From Mobula hypostoma (lineage: Eukaryota): a stretch of DNA of 64,000 bases. Where the stretch lies: the NCBI RefSeq assembly GCF_963921235.1, contig NC_086109.1:14944001-15008000 (forward strand). Direction: 5' to 3'. The translations under genes and the position numbers were made by a program. Shown here one piece after another: positions 14,101-27,869 of this stretch; the first letter of the stretch is position 1; each line of letters starts with the position of its first letter. The notes beneath the pieces were generated by a model. That model saw only the letters and a list, made by a program, of their open reading frames with translations, had not been told where the DNA came from and ran no database searches.

Positions 14101-15150
14101 GTCACCTCTTTCTAAGGATTTGATTACATTTTTTTAACCAACAAAGCCACACCAACTCCTCTACCTACCTGTCCTTTTGATACAATGTGTATCCTTGGAT
14201 GTTAAACTAGGAATTACGATCTTCTTTCAGCCACAGCATCATACCTGCCAATCTCTAACTACACTACAAGATCATCTACTTTATTCTGAAAATTGTGTAC
14301 ATTCAAATATAACACCTCCAGTCTTGTATTCATTATCCTTTTTGATTTTGTACCAATATTACATTGCAACTCATCCTACTAAAAGCAATTTTGCTCTATC
14401 ATCCGCCTGTCCTTCCTCACAGTCTCACTACACACTGCATCCACCTGTACACCAACTGTCCCATCCTCAGCCTTATAACTCTGGTTCCCACCCCCACCAA
14501 ATTAGTTTAAACCTTCCCCAAAAGCTCCAGCAAACCTGCCAGAAAGGATTTTGGTCCCCTTCGGGTTCAGGTGTAACCCATCCCCATTTGCCATATCATC
14601 CTATTCTTACCCTCACTGGTGCGTAGCACAGGCAAGAGTCCAGAGATTACCACCTTGTAAGCTTTGCTTTTCAATTTTCTACCCAACTCACTAAATTCTC
14701 TCTTCAGGACTTCCTCCCTTTTCCCACCTCTGTCATTGGTGCCAGTGTTTCCCCTGTAGAATGCCATGGACTCAATCCAAGACATCTCTGACCCTAGCAC
14801 CTAGGAGGCAACATACCATCCAGGTGTCTCTATCCTGTCCACAGAATCTTGTGCTAACTTCTCCAATAATGGAAACCCCTAGCACTACTGCAGTCCTCTT
14901 ATTCCTGCTTCCCTTCTGGGCCACAGTTCCAGAAACCTGATCACTGCAGCTCCTCCCCCCCACCACCACCCCCATTAGGTTGTCCCCCTCAACAGTATCC
15001 AAAGAGGTACACTTATTTTTGAGGGGAATGGCCACAGAGGTACTCTGCACTGGCTGCCCATTTCCTTTCCCTCTCCTGACAGTCACGCAAGTTCCTGCCT
15101 CCTGCAACTTAGGGGTGATTTCCTCCCTGTAGGTCCTATTTATCACCTTG
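11149..15150 (-). mobile_element. Decayed, internally deleted CR1 LINE (ORF1 esterase + ORF2 RT remnants) with a second CR1 3' tail at 11149-11490
   Basis: RT remnants LDKVPH..LLNK..HGITGKILAWIEDWL.GRKQ..QGSVLGQLLF.LYVNDLD..KLADYMKI and LEGVQRTF.RMI.GMK.LS. ORF1 SGNH-esterase remnants VVLGVSII...RFCGQDRDTWMVCCLLGARVRDV and GTND...VVISGLLPV. Many frameshifts. Confidence 0.9.
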
Positions 15151-15381
15151 TCAGAAACGATGTCTTCCAAATAACTCATTACACTAAGAATTTGTTAATC
15201 CATTTCAAGATTCCCTGGACTATTTGAAAAGGGCTGTTTCAGTAAGGTTCAAGTAACAAATTGGTCCTAAGAAGCTGAGATGGCAAGATCTCCCTTCCCT
15301 AAAAACAAATGCTTAACATTTTGGTGACACTTTCAGAGGGAAATTGTTCTTTGAACACCTTGAAAGCGAGAAACCACACTA

Positions 15382-15898
15382 CACTCAGTGCCCATTTTAT
15401 TAGCCACACCTGTACACCTGCTCATTAATGCAAATATCTAATCAGCCAATCATGTGGCTAAAACTCAATGCACAAAAGCATGCAGACATGGTCAAGAGGT
15501 TCAGTTGTTCAGAACAAACATCAGAATGAGGAAGAAAGGTGATCCAAGTGACTCAGACCATGGAATAATTGTTGATGCCAGACAGGGTGATTTATCTCAG
15601 AAACTGCTGATCTCCTGGGATTTTCACCGAGAACAGTCAAAAAGATGTACAGAGAAAACAAAAAGACATCCAGTGAGTGGTAGTTCTGTGAGTGAAAAGA
15701 CGTTGTTAATGAGAGAGGTCAAAGGAGGATGGCCAGACTGGTTCAAGCTGACAGGACGGCAACAGTAACTTAAATAACCATGCAATACAACAGTGGTATG
15801 CAGAAGAGCATCTCTGAATGCACATTTTGAAACTCTGAAGGGAGTGAACTACAGTGGCAGAGACCACGCATGCTACCTAATAAACTGACCACTGAGTG
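15382..15898 (+). mobile_element. Tc1/mariner deletion derivative
   Basis: TA|CACTCAGTG...TTTATTAG and CTAATAAA...CACTGAGTG|TA (TIRs with TA TSD). Remnant of a paired-like HTH: MRKKGDPSDSDHGIIVDARQG...ETADLLGF. Confidence 0.88.
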
Positions 15899-16589
15899 TA
15901 TGTAATTAAATGACTCGGAGCTCAGCAAACTCTTCAGCGTGAGGGAAAGTGCTCTTAAATATTCGAGTTTTAAAAATTGTTTATTGACAGAGGTTGTGTT
16001 TTGCCACCTCCCCAGTGGGACTGCTTGAAACACAGGATGTTGCACCTACCATGCTTGTACGATGAACAATCAAATATGTGCTTATCTTTCAATGTCACAT
16101 ATCCTGTCATGAGGAGGAGGTTTGTTTCAAATGCTGGGCATAATCGCACACATTAGTCAAAGTGCCAGTATTTTGGTGTATGTATGGAAGCTGCATGATT
16201 AATCTCGGCAGGCCTCTCACATAGTAATGCAGGGTCTCAGCTGTACATCCACACAGCACCAGTAATTGCCCCAGAGGGTGCCTGAATCATGTGGGCACAT
16301 CTAACAATGCACATCATGAAAGAACAGAGAAGCAGAAACATTAACTGTCAGCCTAATTTCAGGTTAAAACAAAGGCATGGGAGGAGAACGTCTGCACCAA
16401 CTTTCAACAAAATCACAATCATACCCATTTACCTCAGCTGTACATACCTGCAAGCCCCTCACACCCATCGATTCCCTTATTATTCGAAAGATATGTTAGG
16501 AAACAATTCAAAGCATAGATTACCCATGTATGATTAACCTTGAATGGCTGAACATGCTTGAGGGATTAAAGAGTTTCTCTTATTTCCAG

Positions 16590-16840
16590 AGAAACACACA
16601 AAACACGGGAGGGCTCAGATCAGGCAGAATCTATGGAGGGAAAGAAACAATCAACATTTCAGCCAAGACCTTCCATCATGACTGGAAAGGAAGGGGAAGA
16701 AAGCATTGTGGCTGTTGAAGGGTCTTGGCTCGAAATATCAAATCTTTATTCCTCTCCACAGATACTGCCTGACCTGTTGAGTTCCTCCATCATTTTGTGC
16801 GTGTTACTCCAGATTTCCAGCATCTGCAGAACTTCTTCAT
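16590..16840. mobile_element. Inverted pair of Penelope-like terminal repeats (degenerate)
   Basis: Minus-strand PLE end (16590-16700) directly followed by a plus-strand PLE end (gaagggtcttggctcgaaat...cagcatctgcaga). Confidence 0.7.
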
Positions 16841-17391
16841 TTCTGCAGTTTTTCACTGAATGTTATATTTGCTTGTTCGAAAAAGTTGTTCATCTGGGGG
16901 AAGGCAGCAGTCACAAAGGTATCGAACCATTTTCGACACAAACAAAATGCAAATTTGAATGGAAGTTCCCCTGTATTCTCTCAAAAAAATTCAGACACAT
17001 ACTTTGACTGCTTTGAGATTCGAACATTCTTTTCGACAAAATAAATTGGCTGTCTTGGATTTCCTGGACTACATGCAGTTCAAGCAGTACCCTGTCTGAG
17101 GCAATAGTACTTAGGGGACATCATACAAAAACTTTGTGTATACACGTGGATAAAGTTACCAGTCTAGCACTTCCATGTACAGATCACTGGATTCATCTGC
17201 ACCTGCAGAAAAAGACAAGACACGTGCTCATGCAGAAAGACATTCATTTTTCTATATGCACATGTCTGTCTGCATGAGTGTCATATTTCAGTCCACATGT
17301 GCACAAGTTGTATGTGTGTTTACATCAATGCTCAGCAAAGATGCATACACCAGGATGCTCTTTATTGACAATCATCCCCTCAAAATGAATC

Positions 17392-18158
17392 AATAAGCTT
17401 CAAGACCTTGGTCTCAATACCTCCTTGTGCGATTGGATTTGTGACTTCCTAGTTGTTTTTGCAACTACAGAGAAAGCATAGTTTACTTCCTCAGTTTGCA
17501 AAGATTCTGTATGACATCTAAAATGTTGACAAACTTCAATAGATGTGTGGTGGAGAGTACATTGACTGGCTGCAACACAGCCTGGGGGAGAAAGAAAACA
17601 CCAGTGCCCTTGAATGGAAAATCCTACAAAAAGTAGCCGATAAGGCCCAGTCCGTTACAGGTAAAAACCTCCCCAACACTGAGCACATCTACACGGAGCA
17701 TTGTCACAGGAAAGCAGCGTTCATCATCAGGGACTCCCACCACCCAGATCAAGCTCCCCTCTCACCACTACCATCAGGATGATGATATAGGAGCCTCAGG
17801 ACTCACACCACCAGGTTTAGGAACAGTTACTACCCCTCAACCATCAGGCTCTTGAAGCAAAGGGGATAACTTCACTCGCTCCATCACGGAAATGTTCCCA
17901 CAACCTATGGACTCACTTACAAGGACTCTTCATCTCAAGTTCTCAATATTTGTTGCTTATTTATTATTATTGCTACTTCTTTTTATATTTGCACAGTTTG
18001 TTGTCTTTTGCACACTGGCTGTAGGTCCTGTTGTGTAGTCTTTCATTGGTTCTATTATGGTTATTGGATTTATTGAGAATGCCCACAAGACAATGAACCT
18101 CAGGATTGTATATGATGACATATATGTACTTGGATAATATATTTACCTTGAACTTTGA
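17392..18158 (+). mobile_element. Rex1/Babar-type LINE remnant
   Basis: [19 protein letters not shown] and LQKVADKAQS...HCHRKAAFIIRDSHHP; 3'UTR ending in cttgaactttga. Confidence 0.78.
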
Positions 18159-18454
18159 AGATGTTCCTGCACATGCAGATAAAAGATGCACACATACACA
18201 CAGACAGTACAGAGCACAACAGTTGCCTATAACTAGTTTGCTTCCAAAATAAATATTTAACAGCTGCATTAGAGACTGTCATGCACTAAACAAACTGAAA
18301 AATTAAGAGACTGCAAATAGAATTTTGTTTAAAGGAAAACTGGAATCAGAAGCTGACGAGCAAGCTCTAGTGTTTATGTGATACCTATTTAAACTGAAAA
18401 TATCAACCCCACGGTCCACTCTCCTCTCCCATCAGATTCCTTCTTCTCTGGCCC

Positions 18455-18990
18455 TTTCCCCAGACCTGACAGCGAGCCAATGTATGGCCATTGTTGGAGT
18501 GGACTTGGAGCCGATTCAAAGCAGCAGAACTGAGGAGAGGCCGAATCATGGCAGTGGGGCCTGAGCTGGAGACCGAGGAATAAGCCAATGTTTGACTGAC
18601 TTAAGTGCTGGGCCAGATTGGAAAGGTCAGATACGAGCTGAATCAAGGTGGTGGGGCCTAAGAGAGAGAAGAATGACCAGTTGCTTAGCCGGTTTTCAGC
18701 TCGCTGCTTGGCAAGGTTTACTTGTCCACACTGAACTGAGGCTGTGGCCTGCAACTAACAGGCTCCTGGATCAGCTGTGACTGGCTTTATGCTGGGGACT
18801 CACTTGCATGAACTTCAATCCCGAATGTTAATTATTGTTTGCACAACTTTTTTTTTCCTCTGCACATTGGGCGTTTGATGGTCTTTTTTAAAAAAAAATA
18901 GGTTCTATTGGGATTCTTTGTTCTGTAATAAATCTCAAGGTTGTATAGAGTATACATACTTTGATAAGAAATGTACTTTGAAATTTGAAC
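18455..18990 (+). mobile_element. Non-coding element sharing the Rex1/Babar 3' tail (non-autonomous derivative)
   Basis: GC-richer body followed by the same tail (ctcaaggttgtata...tacatactttgata...tgtactttga) as the neighbouring LINE 3'UTRs. Confidence 0.5.
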
Positions 18991-19089
18991 TAGTGAGAAG
19001 GAGATGATAATTTGGCCTCTTCATGGCCCCAAGTGACACCAATTCTGTTACTAGCTTTTTAGCCCATATTTATGAAAGCAACGACACTT

Positions 19090-19625
19090 GAAAATTTCTG
19101 CAGATGTACCATGAAGGGTATTCCAACTGCTGCATCACCGTCTGGTATGGGGGGGGGGGAGGGGGGGTGCTGCTGCATAGGATCAAAGCAAGGTGCAGAG
19201 AGTTGTAAATTTAAGTCAGCTCCATCATGAGCACTAGCCACCATAGTATCCAGGACACCTTCAAGGAGCAATGCCTCAAAAAGGCGGTATCCTTCTTTAA
19301 GTAGCCCCATCACCCAGGTCATGCCTCGTTCTCATTGCTACCATCAGGAGGGTGGTACAGAAGCCTGAAGGCACACAGTTAGCAATTCAGGAACAGCTAC
19401 TTCCCCTCTGCCATCTGATTGCTGAATGGTTACTGAAACCATGAACACTACCTCACTTCCTTGATTTCTATTTTTACAGTACCTACTTAATAAAAAAAAT
19501 ATACACACACACACAACCTATAATTCACAGTTCTTCTTCCTGTATTATGTATTGCATTGTACTACTGCTGTGAAGTTAATACAAATTTCACGGCATATAC
19601 TGGTGATATTAAATTTGGTTCTGAT
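19090..19625 (+). mobile_element. Rex1/Babar-type LINE 3' fragment
   Basis: Collinear with 8770-9150; ends with ggtgatattaaa...ttctga tail. Confidence 0.75.
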
Positions 19626-20075
19626 AGTGGGATTCCAACTCTTTCCTCCAGATTAATAGTCTGTGTCTAAATACTAAACCAGTATCTTATACCAAAATGC
19701 TTGTCTATCCTTGGGCTCACGAATGAAGAAAAGTGTCTTTAATAAAATAGAGGGATGTGGACTGCAATATGGAATTATCTAGGGAAAAGTAATCAATTTC
19801 AGGGAAGAAAGAAAAAATTTAAATGGAAATACTGGGGGGGTGGGGGGGGCGGAGAATCCTCACATTCCGAGCAAGAAACTAATTCCAATTACAAAATGAC
19901 ACTTACAAATAAGTGAAAAAGTTATTGAAAGTAACTAGCCATGTTAAACCATTCACCAGTTACCTCCATTTGTGACTCTGCATGCTCTGCAATGCATCAC
20001 ACAAATCCTTTATGGCTTTCCATGTCCACACACAAACTACTCACTTACATGTTAAATCTTTAGCAAACAACTTAC

Positions 20076-20196
20076 TTCTGAAGAAATTCTTCCAATCCGC
20101 AAATCTTCAAGATAAAGTTGTCAACATTTATGCCTCCGAGATCATCATAAATATAGCAGAGAGTTTGATAGATAATAAGATCCACGGTGGAGCCCC
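20076..20196 (-). CDS. PIK3C2B: PIK3C2B coding exon 4 (121 nt; Ras-binding domain)
   Basis: tgttttccag|GG...CAGAA|gtaagt; encodes (G)GSTVDLIIYQTLCYIYDDLGGINVDNFILKICGLEEFLQ(N); phase 1 to 2. Confidence 0.96.
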
Positions 20197-20307
20197 CTGG
20201 AAAACAAAGCAAAAATCACTATCAATAAACTTGCATTTTAGAAGTGCCCTTATTGGTCTTTCCTCCAATTCTGTTACCAATTAGCTATAAAATATCTCAC
20301 CATGTAC

Positions 20308-20732
20308 CACACACAAAATGCTAAATGAACTCAGCAGGTCAAGCAGCATCTATGGAAAGGACTAAACAGTCAACAATTTGAGCCAAGATGCTTCATCAGG
20401 ACTGGAAAGGAAGGAGGAAGAAGCAAAAATAAGGTGGTTGGTGAGGGGAAGGAGTACAAGCTAGCAGGCAATAGGTGAAGCCAGATGAGGGGCAGGAAGT
20501 GAAGTGACAAGTGGACAAGGCAAAGTGCTGAAGGAGGAATCTGGTAGGAGAGGAGAATGGACCATGGAGAAATGGAAGGGGGAGGGACACCAAAAGGGAG
20601 GTGATAGACAGGTAAGGAAAAGAGGCGGCGAGAGGGTAGCCAGAATGGGGAATGGAAGAGGAGTCGGGGTGGGGGGGGGGGGAGAAATTACTGGAAGCTG
20701 GAGAAATCAATGTTCCTGCCGTCAGGTTGGAG
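20308..20732 (-). mobile_element. Penelope-like element 3' fragment
   Basis: End of the GIY-YIG ORF (PDGRNIDFSSF) at ~20690-20730, then a purine-rich linker and pLTR with hammerhead remnant at ~20365-20405. Confidence 0.75.
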
Positions 20733-21489
20733 TCACGAACAGAGAGAAAGCTGTAAAGACTCTTAGATTATAGCAGAGGCTGAGCGTACTGAAACATTTA
20801 AAAGGCTGAATGATATTCTTAAAATTAAGAGGCTGCTTGATGACAAAGGCGATAGGCAAAAGAACTTTCAGTATGTGGTAATATCGTGAACAAGATAGAA
20901 GGCCAGCCAAGGGAATTTAGAGGCACCAAAAGGACAAATGAAAGCGTTAACATCAAGTAAATTGATAAATTAATACTGGCAATGCTAAGAGTGGAATTAA
21001 AAATCCTGCATCAGGAGACCAAAATTACTTTATGAGACTATATCCTGCCTGCCATTTCCCAAGGCCACATCTGCAGTGATAAGTGTGAAGATGTCAGTAT
21101 TTTTTTAAAACTTTAACTGAGATAAAAAAATCAATTCAAGGTGCTGCAGCATCAAATAACCTTTCAGTAAGTACTATCTTCTCAGTTTTGAAGGATGTAC
21201 AGTTTGTCTTATTTAATCACACAAGTGAGATTTGGCACTTGAGACACAAATGGTGGTGATGAACTGCCAACATTTAAACAGCATGAACCCTGCATTTGTA
21301 AATAAGGCACTCACATGTAAATACTACATGTTTGCATGGAAATCCAAGTCATACCTCAGTAGGTAGTGCAGTGTCAGTTTTGTGATTCATTGGGAAGGCA
21401 AGGTGGCAGTAAAGGAACATGGATATGGTGGAGGGGATGCTGCTGCTGGTGGCGGTAAAGGGACGCGGACGCGGCAGCATTCCCACGTA

Positions 21490-21765
21490 TCTACAATTTG
21501 ACATTTCACCCTTGGAAAAAAGGTTGTCTACTCTGTCAATGTCTCTTATACTTTTATAGACTTCTACCAGGGCTCCCCTCAGCCTCCCCTCCTCTATAGA
21601 AAGCAATCCCAATTTGTGCAACCTCTCCTTATGACACATACACTAACCCGGACAACATCCTGGAAACTCTCATCTGTTCCCTTTCCAAAGCATCCAACAT
21701 CCTTCCTGTAATGCCTCAACCATAAATGTGCACAATACTGCCAGCACAGCCTTATAAAAGTGTTA
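21490..21765 (-). mobile_element. CR1 LINE 3' fragment
   Basis: ERLHKLGLLSIEEGRLRGALVEVYKSIRDIDRVD. Confidence 0.8.
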
Positions 21766-21769
21766 TTAA

Positions 21770-23900
21770 ATTCAAAGTCCAAATGAAAATTTATCATCAG
21801 GGTACATATATGTTACCACATACAACCCTGAGATTCTTTTTCCTGCAGGCATACTCAGCAAATTTATATAAAAGTAACTGCAAACAGGATCAATGAACAA
21901 CCAACTATGCAAATACAAATATAAATAAATAGTAATAAATAATGAGCATGAAATAACAAGATAAAGAGCCCTTAACGTGAGACCATTGGTTGTGGGAAGT
22001 AGAATGAGTGTAGTTATCCCCTTTTGTTCAAGAGCCTGATGGTCGAGGGGTAGTAACTGTTCTTGAACCTGGTGGTACGAGTCCTAAGCACTTGTACCTT
22101 CCACCTGATGGCAGCAGCAAGAAAAGAGTTGGGTGGTGAGAATCTTTGATGATAGATGCTGCTTTTCTATGGCAACGTTTCATGTAGATGTGCTCAATGG
22201 TTTCTACCCATGATATACTGGGCCGAATCCACCACCTTTTGTAGGATTTTCTGCTCAATGGCATTGGTATTCCCATATCAGGTCATAATGCAGCTAGTCA
22301 GCACACCTATAGAAGTCTGACAAGGTTTTTGAATACACACCCAATCTCTGCAGACTCCTGAGGAAGTAGAAATGCTGTCATGCTTTCCTTGTGATATGTT
22401 TATATGACGGGTGCAGGACAGGTCCTCTGAGATAGTGACACCCAGGAACTTAAAGTTACTGACTCTCTCTGCCTCTGATCCTCTGAAGAGTAATGGCTCA
22501 AGGACCTCTGGTTTCCCTCTCCTGAAGTCTACAATCAGTTCCTTGGTCTTATGGCATTGAGTGAGAGGCTATTGTTATTACACCACTCAGCCAAATTTTC
22601 AATCTCCCTTCGGTGTACACCACCACCTTTAATACGGCCCTCAACAGTGGTGTCATCAGCAAACTTGTAAATGGTGTTGGAGCCGTACTTAGCCACATAG
22701 TCATTGGTGTAAAGTAGGGGGCTAGGCACACAGCCCTGTGGTGCTCCTGTGCTGGTGGAGATTGAATTGAATTTGAATTGAATTAAATTGACTTTATTAC
22801 TTACATCCTTTACATACATGAGGAGTGAAAATCTTTACATTATGTATTATCTAAATGTGAAAGGTATAGTAATTTATAATAAATAGTATGTACAACAGGA
22901 TAGTTTTGCCAGATGGTAGCAGCTGGAACAGTTTGTGGTTGGGGTGAGTCAATGATCCTTCGGGCCCTTTTTACACACCTGTCTTTGTAAATGTCCTGAA
23001 TAGTGGGAAATTCACATCTACAGATGCGCTGGGCTATCCTCACCATTCTCTGTAGAGAACTGTGATTGAGCGAAGTATAGTTCCCGTACCAGGCAGTGAA
23101 GCAGCCAGTTAGGATGCTCTCAATTGTGCCCCTTTAGAAAGTTCTTAGGATTTGGGGGCCCATACCAAACTTCTTCAACCGTCTGAGGTGAAAGAGGCGC
23201 TGTTGTGTCTTTTTCATCACATGTCCGGTATCTACAGACCACGTGAGATCCTTGGTGATGTTTATGCAGAGGAACTTAAAGCCGTTCACCCTCTCAACCC
23301 CAGATCCATTGATGTCAATAGGGGCCAGCCTTTTTCCACTCCCCCTGTAGTCCACAACCAGCTCCTTTGTTTTTGCGACCTTGAGGGAGAGGTTGTTTTC
23401 TTGACACCACTATGTCAGGGTGATGACTTCTTCTCTGTAGGCTGGCTCATTATTATTTAAGATTAGGCCAATCAGTGTAGTGTCGTCAGCAAATTTAGCA
23501 GATTGGAGCTGTGGGTGGCGATACAATCAAGGGTATACAGAGAGTAAAGGAGGGGGCTTAGTACATGGCCCTGAGGGGCACCTGTGTTGAGGGTCAGAAG
23601 GGCAGAGGTGAGGGAGCCCACTCTTACCACCTGCCGGCGATCTGACAGGAAGTCCAGGATCCAGCTGCACAAGGCAGGATGAAGGCTGAGGTCTCTGGGC
23701 ATCTTGTTGAGCCTAAAGATGTTTTTGCCAATCCAAACTGACTGGGGTCAGCAAGCGTGGAGATCCAGAATCCAATTGCACAAGTGGGCATTGAGGCCTA
23801 GATCTTGGAGTTTACTGATTAGTTTTGAGAGGATAATGGTATTAAATACTGAGCTGTAATCAATAAAGATCATCCTGAAGCGTGCATCTTTACTGTCCAG
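21770..23900 (-). mobile_element. Nested/tandem Rex1/Babar-type LINE fragments
   Basis: STGAPQGCVPSPLLY..KFADDTT, LCSWILDFLSDRRQVVRVG..LNTGAPQGHVLSPLLYSLYT and FKFLCINITKDLTWS..KKTQQRLFHLRRLKKFG. A second 3' tail (aattgaatt repeats) at ~22760 marks a nested insertion. Confidence 0.88.
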
Positions 23901-23924
23901 TACTAAACTGCAACATGACTTCTT

Positions 23925-24853
23925 GTCTCATGCTCAATGTCCCGTCCAAATTTGTCAATGACACTAAATTGACTGGAAAAACAAATTGCATGGAGGATGC
24001 AAAGAGACTGCAGAGAAATACAGATGTTAAGTGAGTGGACATGGGTCTGGAGGATGGAGTACAATGTTGGTAAATGTGAGGTCATCCATTTTTGAAGGAA
24101 AAAAATAGATCCTATATTATTTCAATGGTGAAAAATTGCAGCATGCTGCTGTGCAGAGGGATTTAGGAGTGCTTGTGCATGAATCACAAAAGGTTGTTTG
24201 CAGGTGTATCAGATTATCAAGGCGGCAAAGGGAATGTTGGCATTCATTGCCAGAGGGATTAAATTTAAGAGGGAGTATATGCTGCAAGTATACAGGGTAC
24301 TGGTGAGGCCGGCACACCTGGAGTATTGCAGGCAGTTCTGATCTCCTTGCTTTGAGAAAGATATACTGGCTTTGAAGGCAGCGCAGAGAAGGTTCACTGG
24401 GTTGACCCCAGCAATGAGGGGATTAATCTATGAGAAGAGATTGCGTCACCTGGGACTATACCCACTGGAATTCAGAAGAATAAGAGGGATCATCTAAAAA
24501 CATAAAGGTTATGAAAGGGATATGAAAGTCAGAGGCAGGAAATATTTTTTCCACAGGCAAGTGAGACTAGAACTAGGGGACATACCCTCAAGATTGGGGG
24601 GAATAGATTTAGGACGGAGATGAGGAGAAGCTGCTTTTCACAGAAAGTAGTGAATCTGTGGAATTCTCTGCCCATGGGAACATTAGAAGCTACCTCATTA
24701 AATGTTCTTAAGACAGTGAGATAGATTTCTGCACAGCAAAAATTAAAAGGTTGTGGGGAAAGGGAAGGTAGGTTGGAGCTTGTTCCATGGCCAGATCAGC
24801 CACAATCTTAATGAATGGCTGACTCTTGCTCCTATTTCTGTTGTCCTTACATT
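23925..24853 (+). mobile_element. CR1 LINE 3' ~0.9 kb
   Basis: SKFVNDTKL...WRMEYNVGKCEVIHF...DLGVLVHES...LEYCRQF; tail cttgctcctatttctgttgtcttac. Confidence 0.85.
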
Positions 24854-26085
24854 CTTACTGTGTTTGCTGTTTGTGGTGGCAGAGGTTGCAGGATTGGGAA
24901 GTGCTCTGGGAGTAACCGAGGTGAATAAATGCAATACATTTTGTAGATGCCACACATTGCAGTAATGATATACCTGTGGTGGTGGGTAGAGGATATTTAT
25001 GGTGACCAATGTTATGCCAATCAAGGAGGCTGCTTTGGGCCAGATAGTCTTTGAAGGCCTCATTATCTCTCAGCATTTGAAACAAAACATTTCACTTTTT
25101 TTTCGCAAAAGATTGATTAAAATGAATCCAACTGCAGAAACTAGGAATATTTTCCTTCAGTTTCTTACCTCTTCTGAAAGGACCAACTCTCAGTTGTCTT
25201 AGTAGCCCATTTGTGTTCACTCTAAACTCTACACAAGGTTAAATGATGAAACACACCAGGGCTTGGAATCAGGAGCCAGATTTGACCCCATCCCAATCAA
25301 GTTACCCACACAGGGGCCAGTACTTTGCTCATATGCTCCCATACTGGTTGAGCCCAGTTGATTAAATGAAAAGCTTCCTGTCACTAATTTAAGTGATTAT
25401 TGGAAATATAGTGATTGAATTACTGTACGAGGAGCTAGATGGATTGCTTTTGATTATACAAGAGCAAATCCTACAAAAACAGTTGGAGTGTCAAAAGTCA
25501 TACAACTGTAAATCTGGGAGGGAAAAAAAAGCAGGCATCAATAAAGATGACCACTAAACCACTGGATTGTTATAAATGCCAGGAAGCCTATTAATGTTCT
25601 TCAAGGAAAGAAATCAGCTGATTTTGATCCGTAGATGATTCCATACTCACCAAATAGTTGGGTCTAAAATGACCCAGCAAACCATTCAGCTCAGAGAACA
25701 ATTGGCAAATTTACAATAAACATTAGCCATTTCAAACAAATATGCCAGATTTGATGTCATTGAATAAAACTTTTTGATATAAGAAACTGAATGTTATGCG
25801 AATCACAGGACAAGTATAGTTCAAAGAGCAAAAATCACAATGACGACATTTCATGGAATCTCTTGTCAATAAAGGTTTGATCATTTAACAAAGGGAAACG
25901 ATTTGCTGACATTTTATTGAACTGGACTAGAATGCACCCAACAATGAGCTCATTTAATGTGTTCCAAATACTATAAACAAAGTAAAAAAAATCCACATGG
26001 CTCAATTAAACAACGTGTAATGCTTGTTACGTACATTAGATATTTTCTAACAATGGAACAACTATGTGCCAAATCTGAAACTCAC

Positions 26086-26240
26086 CATCACATGTGAACG
26101 TAAGTGGCTCTGACAGACTGCTAGCAGACACAGTAACTTTCACACTGATGCCATCGCCGTGCTGGTCATTTCGGATGACAACTGGACTCCAAATTAATCC
26201 CACATTCTCACCTCTTTCACAGGTGTAGCCAGCTCGGAGC
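26086..26240 (-). CDS. PIK3C2B: PIK3C2B coding exon 3 (155 nt; start of Ras-binding domain)
   Basis: ttttaaatag|G...GATG|gtgagt; encodes (V)LRAGYTCERGENVGLIWSPVVIRNDQHGDGISVKVTVSASSLSEPLTFTCD; phase 2 to 1. Confidence 0.95.
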
Positions 26241-26399
26241 CTATTTAAAACAAAAGGAAAGAAACCAATTACAGATTCTAAACTTTACTCCACTGACTTT
26301 CCTGAGAAATTTCATATTATCATACAGAGTATATCACACAGTCAAGTAATAATCTTTAAACATTTACATGTTTTAACCTGCTGAAGAAGGTGCATGGTA

Positions 26400-26640
26400 G
26401 GGCATCATGGTAGCATAATTAGATAATGCTATTACAGCACCAATGACTCGGGTTTATTTCTTGCCACTGTCTGTGAGGAGTTTTAAACATTTTAACTCGT
26501 GACTGTGTGGGTTTCCTCAGGGTGCTCCTGTTTCCTCCCACATTCCAGACATATGGGTTAGTAGGTTAATTGGTCAGATAGGTGTAAATGGGCAGCACAG
26601 ACTCATTGAGCCAGAAGAGCTTTGCCTCTATTAAAAAAAT
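26400..26640 (+). mobile_element. tRNA-derived V-domain SINE (HE1-like)
   Basis: Degenerate tRNA head, then the V-core GTGGGTTTCCTC(C/A)GGGTGCTCC.GTTTCCTCCCAC. Confidence 0.75.
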
Positions 26641-27869
26641 AACACAAAGTGCATTGCCAATTGGTACCCAGGGAACCCCACTGTCCATCAATACTTCATA
26701 GAATTCTTGACACTGATCAATTCATGTCATCAAATCACACACCGTGTGCATTATCATGAGCTCCGAAGAAATTAACATACCTTCATGACCCTCTCTGAGC
26801 CAGCACCACTGCCACTTGGCTATTCATTTTCCCTTGGTTTCCACCCTGCCACAGACATTATCTACCCTACCATAGGCTCAACAGACCAGATGGCCTACTC
26901 CTGCTCCTATTTCTTATGTTCTTATTCTTGCTTCCTTCCTCTTCTTCCATTCAACTTAAACTAGCTCGATTTCTGACTTTACCCTTCTCCTGTTATTTCA
27001 TTAAGAATGTTAATACAGTTCCCCTCTCCATAGATATTAACCAACTATTTCTAATATTTTATGTGTTTTTATTTTAGGTTTCCAGAACCTGCAAGCACAA
27101 GGGTGTGAAATTGTCACAATCTTTTACAGGGGCTATGGTGTTTACAAGAATTTCTGCAAGCTTGCTGGTTGCAGCCAAAGTGGAAACACTACTCAAACAA
27201 AGCCTCTCTGAAACTACACAGTGTTGCATTATTGCTTGCTGAACATGCGTTTGCTTCTTATCATTACTCCATAATAAACAATTCCCTCTTTACTATTGCT
27301 GCAACTATTTTTGAACTTATTCCATATCGAGGATAAAAGACTGAATGCATTCATATCACTTGGATGAAGGGATCTGGCATGGGGAAATGTAAGGCTAAAT
27401 ATTCAAGGTTCCTCCTATTTTGAAATTGTTAATACCAACGCCACAAAGTGAAGGCTCCCTATTTTAGACTGTGATCTGTTATGGCAACTTTGAGCAGGTT
27501 TGCTAAACTGTGCTGACTTGGGACAATGTTTGTTGATGGAGCAAAACCCATTAGGAAATAAACTAACTACTTCAGCGCAGAGAAGGAACTCTATCCCAGC
27601 CAGAACAGGATTCAGACTGAGACTTAGTTGAAAACATTATGCAATCCAGCTGCATCCAAAAACTGCAGCGGTTCATTGGTAAATCATCACCAGGGTATCG
27701 TAGATCACTACAACAGTTCCTTCACTTACAAGTATATCAAATAAAATGGATAAGATAATTAGGACAATCTAACTTTTGCTGTTCTTTATCCAAATTGTCC
27801 CCAACTTGAAATCACTATTCAACTTAGTTGTACCTAAAATATTAAAACTGTGGAAAAGTTAATAGAAGA

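Noticed and set aside
11149..15150. Active LINE / intact reverse transcriptase gene
   Set aside because: Many frameshifts, stops and internal deletions; catalytic motif degraded (LADY).
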